This document shows positions 28,658 through 30,433 of a DNA stretch of 30,433 nt, in pieces (the first letter of the stretch is position 1; each line of letters starts with the position of its first letter). The notes under the pieces are model-generated. The model saw only the letters and a program-made list of their open reading frames with translations. It did no database searches and was not told the origin of the DNA. The stretch spans positions 1 through 30,433 of the forward strand of contig JBKGYG010000014.1 in the NCBI GenBank assembly GCA_046546235.1, given 5' to 3'. The stretch is from Eubacteriales bacterium (GTDB lineage Bacteria > Bacillota > Clostridia > Lachnospirales > DSM-24629). The translations under genes and the position numbers were made by a program.

Positions 28658-29092
28658 ATGAAGACGAGTACATGGATAGCCAATAAGAAAATCTATTATA
28701 TCAACACTGAATTGATTGCTAAAGAAGAAATCTACGATGGTTTTTATGGAGTTTGTATTAACTTAGAAGCTAATTCCTCAGACATCATTAAAGTTAACAA
28801 ACGTCGCTGGCAAATCGAAGAATGTTTTCGCATCATGAAAACAGAATTCAAAGCAAGGCCTGTTTACTTAAGTAGAGATGAACGTATTGAAGCCCATTTT
28901 ATAACCTGCTTTATCTCATTGATGATTTATCGGTTACTCGAAAAACGATTAAATGACGATTTTACTTGTGCATCAATTATTAAAAATCTAAGAAATATGA
29001 ATTTTTTAGAAGTTGCTGTTGAAGGCTATATTCCTGCTTACACCCGAAATGATTTTACTGATTATCTTGACATTTATATGTTATACAAATAA
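28658..29092 (+). mobile_element. C-terminal fragment of an IS4/IS1182-like DDE transposase (IS remnant, N-terminus missing)
   Basis: 144-aa ORF carrying the transposase C-terminal signature RRWQIEECFRIMKTEFK...RIEAHFITCFISLMIYRLL. Full-length members are ~400-450 aa. GC is higher than the surrounding genome. Confidence 0.6.
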
Positions 29093-29117
29093 GCTTGAGC
29101 ATAGATTTTTCAATTAA

Positions 29118-29178
29118 TTTACAAAAAATTAATCATGCTTTAATACAATTTTACAATGGTAAAATATTCATTTAACAA
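29118..29178 (+). promoter_or_regulatory. Pho-box-like array (TTNACA-like hexamers at 11-bp periodicity) upstream of phnD
   Basis: TTTACA-5-TTAATC-5-TTAATA-5-TTACAA-5-AAATAT-5-TAACAA; a possible -10 TATACT follows at ~29186. Confidence 0.3.
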
Positions 29179-29231
29179 TGAAACACTATACTAGGACATG
29201 TATTAAATAAAATACATAGGAGGAATACGAA

Positions 29232-30206
29232 ATGAGAAAATTCAAATTTATGCTCATGACTCTATTACTTGTATTTGTCATTGCAGGATGCTCGAATACA
29301 AAGGAGGAATCTACTGAAAGCTTATTGGACCAAACAACAGACGAACCTACAGAAAGTTCATTGGACAAAACAACAGAGGAATCAAATACAAAAACAGCAG
29401 AAAATCAGGAACATAAAGATTGGCCGAAAACATTGCGGTTTGCCGATACCGGTGTCGAAGGATTCGAACAATTGCAGCGTGAGTTTGGTCCGTTTAAGGA
29501 TGCCCTTGAAGACACTCTAGGTGTTAAAATTGAGTTTTTCGCAGTTACCGACCGGACAGCAGCAGCTGTCGCTGCAGAGTTTGACCAGGTCGATTTCGTT
29601 CTTACCGGACCATCAGAATACGTCGTCATGAAGTCTAAAGTGGATGTACAGCCGGTTGTCGGGATAACGCGGCCGGGTTATCGCTCCGCTTTTATGGCGA
29701 AATCGGACAGCGGCATCAAATCTCTTGAAGATTTAAAAGGCAAAAAAATCGGCATGAAAGATATCGGCTCAACGAGTGGTCATATCGGTCCCAGTTCGAT
29801 TTTAATCGAAAATGGATTTAACTTGGATAAAGATTTTGACGGCCAGATTGGAATGCTTGGCGACGCCCGTTTAGAAACTTTAAGAAATGGGGATGTAGAC
29901 GCGATTGGATCGGGGATTAAAGATTATAAAAAACTAGTCGAGCAGGACGGCAAAGAGTCTTGGACCTTGGTCCATGAAGGCCCGGACCTTCCGAATGATC
30001 TCTTTGTTGCCAGCCCGAATCTACCAAAGGACTTTGTGGCAGAAGTCAAAAGTTTGATGGTTAAAAACCAAGAAAAAATCATCGAAAGTATCGTTCAAAC
30101 CGGCGAAAATCAAAAATACGAAGAATCGGAACTAGTTGATGCTAAAGACTCTGATTATGACTCGATTCGTAAAGCGTATGAAACGCTGGGAATGAAATTG
30201 GAATAG
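29232..30206 (+). CDS. phnD: Phosphonate/phosphite/phosphate ABC transporter substrate-binding lipoprotein (PhnD family)
   Basis: Lipoprotein signal with lipobox IAGC; PhnD/SsuA-like periplasmic binding fold; ~45% GC against a ~28% genome background. Confidence 0.75.
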   Translation: MRKFKFMLMTLLLVFVIAGCSNTKEESTESLLDQTTDEPTESSLDKTTEESNTKTAENQEHKDWPKTLRFADTGVEGFEQLQREFGPFKDALEDTLGVKIEFFAVTDRTAAAVAAEFDQVDFVLTGPSEYVVMKSKVDVQPVVGITRPGYRSAFMAKSDSGIKSLEDLKGKKIGMKDIGSTSGHIGPSSILIENGFNLDKDFDGQIGMLGDARLETLRNGDVDAIGSGIKDYKKLVEQDGKESWTLVHEGPDLPNDLFVASPNLPKDFVAEVKSLMVKNQEKIIESIVQTGENQKYEESELVDAKDSDYDSIRKAYETLGMKLE

Positions 30207-30311
30207 GAATAGGAGGAATTGTTTTGTTCTTATTTAAAGAGTTTAACAGAGAAATAAACAAAATTAAAAGATTTTATAGGAATAGGGGGAATTGTTTTGT
30301 TCTTACTTGAA
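30207..30311 (+). repeat. Imperfect ~34-bp tandem duplication of the phnC translation-initiation region
   Basis: 30207-30240 gaataggaggaattgttttgttcttatttaaaga versus 30277-30311 ggaatagggggaattgttttgttcttacttgaag. Confidence 0.6.
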
Positions 30312-30433
30312 GTTCGTGACGTTTTCAAAACCTATCCTGACGGCACCGAGGCACTATCCTTGGTGCGCTTCCATGTTGAAAAAGGTGAAGGTGTTGTTAT
30401 GCTCGGTCATAACGGATCGGGCAAATCAACGCT
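30297..30433 (+). CDS. phnC: Phosphonate-type ABC transporter ATP-binding protein, N-terminal part (continues beyond the window)
   Basis: TTG start after RBS aggggga; Walker A GHNGSGKST near the window end. Confidence 0.7.
   Translation, partial: MFLLEVRDVFKTYPDGTEALSLVRFHVEKGEGVVMLGHNGSGKST

Overview
Low-GC (~28% GC) Firmicutes chromosomal segment, Clostridium-like. Gene content and order match the origin-proximal housekeeping neighbourhood known from Bacillus subtilis (yaaO-tmk-darA-yaaR-holB-ricT-yabB-rsmI-abrB ... metG-tatD-ksgA ... tadA-scRNA-dnaX-ybaB-recR).

From start to end the window contains:
- a tRNA cluster: partial Tyr, an initiator-type Met(CAT), Phe and Lys;
- a P-II/AmtB ammonium module (glnB-amtB) behind a promoter-proximal terminator/antiterminator leader;
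- the core housekeeping block listed above;
- a sporulation-associated insert (tlp-spmA-spmB, a MarR regulator);
- a minus-strand NfeD-flotillin-DUF885-lipoprotein operon;
- a hypothetical 416-aa acidic-linker protein followed by a ~650-bp ORF-free region with two intrinsic terminators and a 21-bp perfect palindrome;
- rubrerythrin, a RimJ-like GNAT, an NrdG-like radical-SAM activase with no glycyl-radical enzyme partner, and a DivIVA-domain protein;
- tadA, a large Bacillus-type SRP RNA, dnaX, ybaB and recR;
- after the recR terminator, a truncated IS4-like transposase remnant and a phnD-phnC phosphonate-type ABC transporter locus at ~45% GC (likely horizontally acquired) with Pho-box-like repeats.

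No CRISPR array, rRNA or intact IS element was found.

Main points for a second look:
- a family of related GC-rich intergenic elements at 2447-2650, 21484-21990 and 4824-4910;
- the glnB leader attenuator;
- an A9 slippery run at codon ~400 of dnaX;
- the tRNA-fMet with a mismatched T-stem;
- the IS-remnant/phn island.
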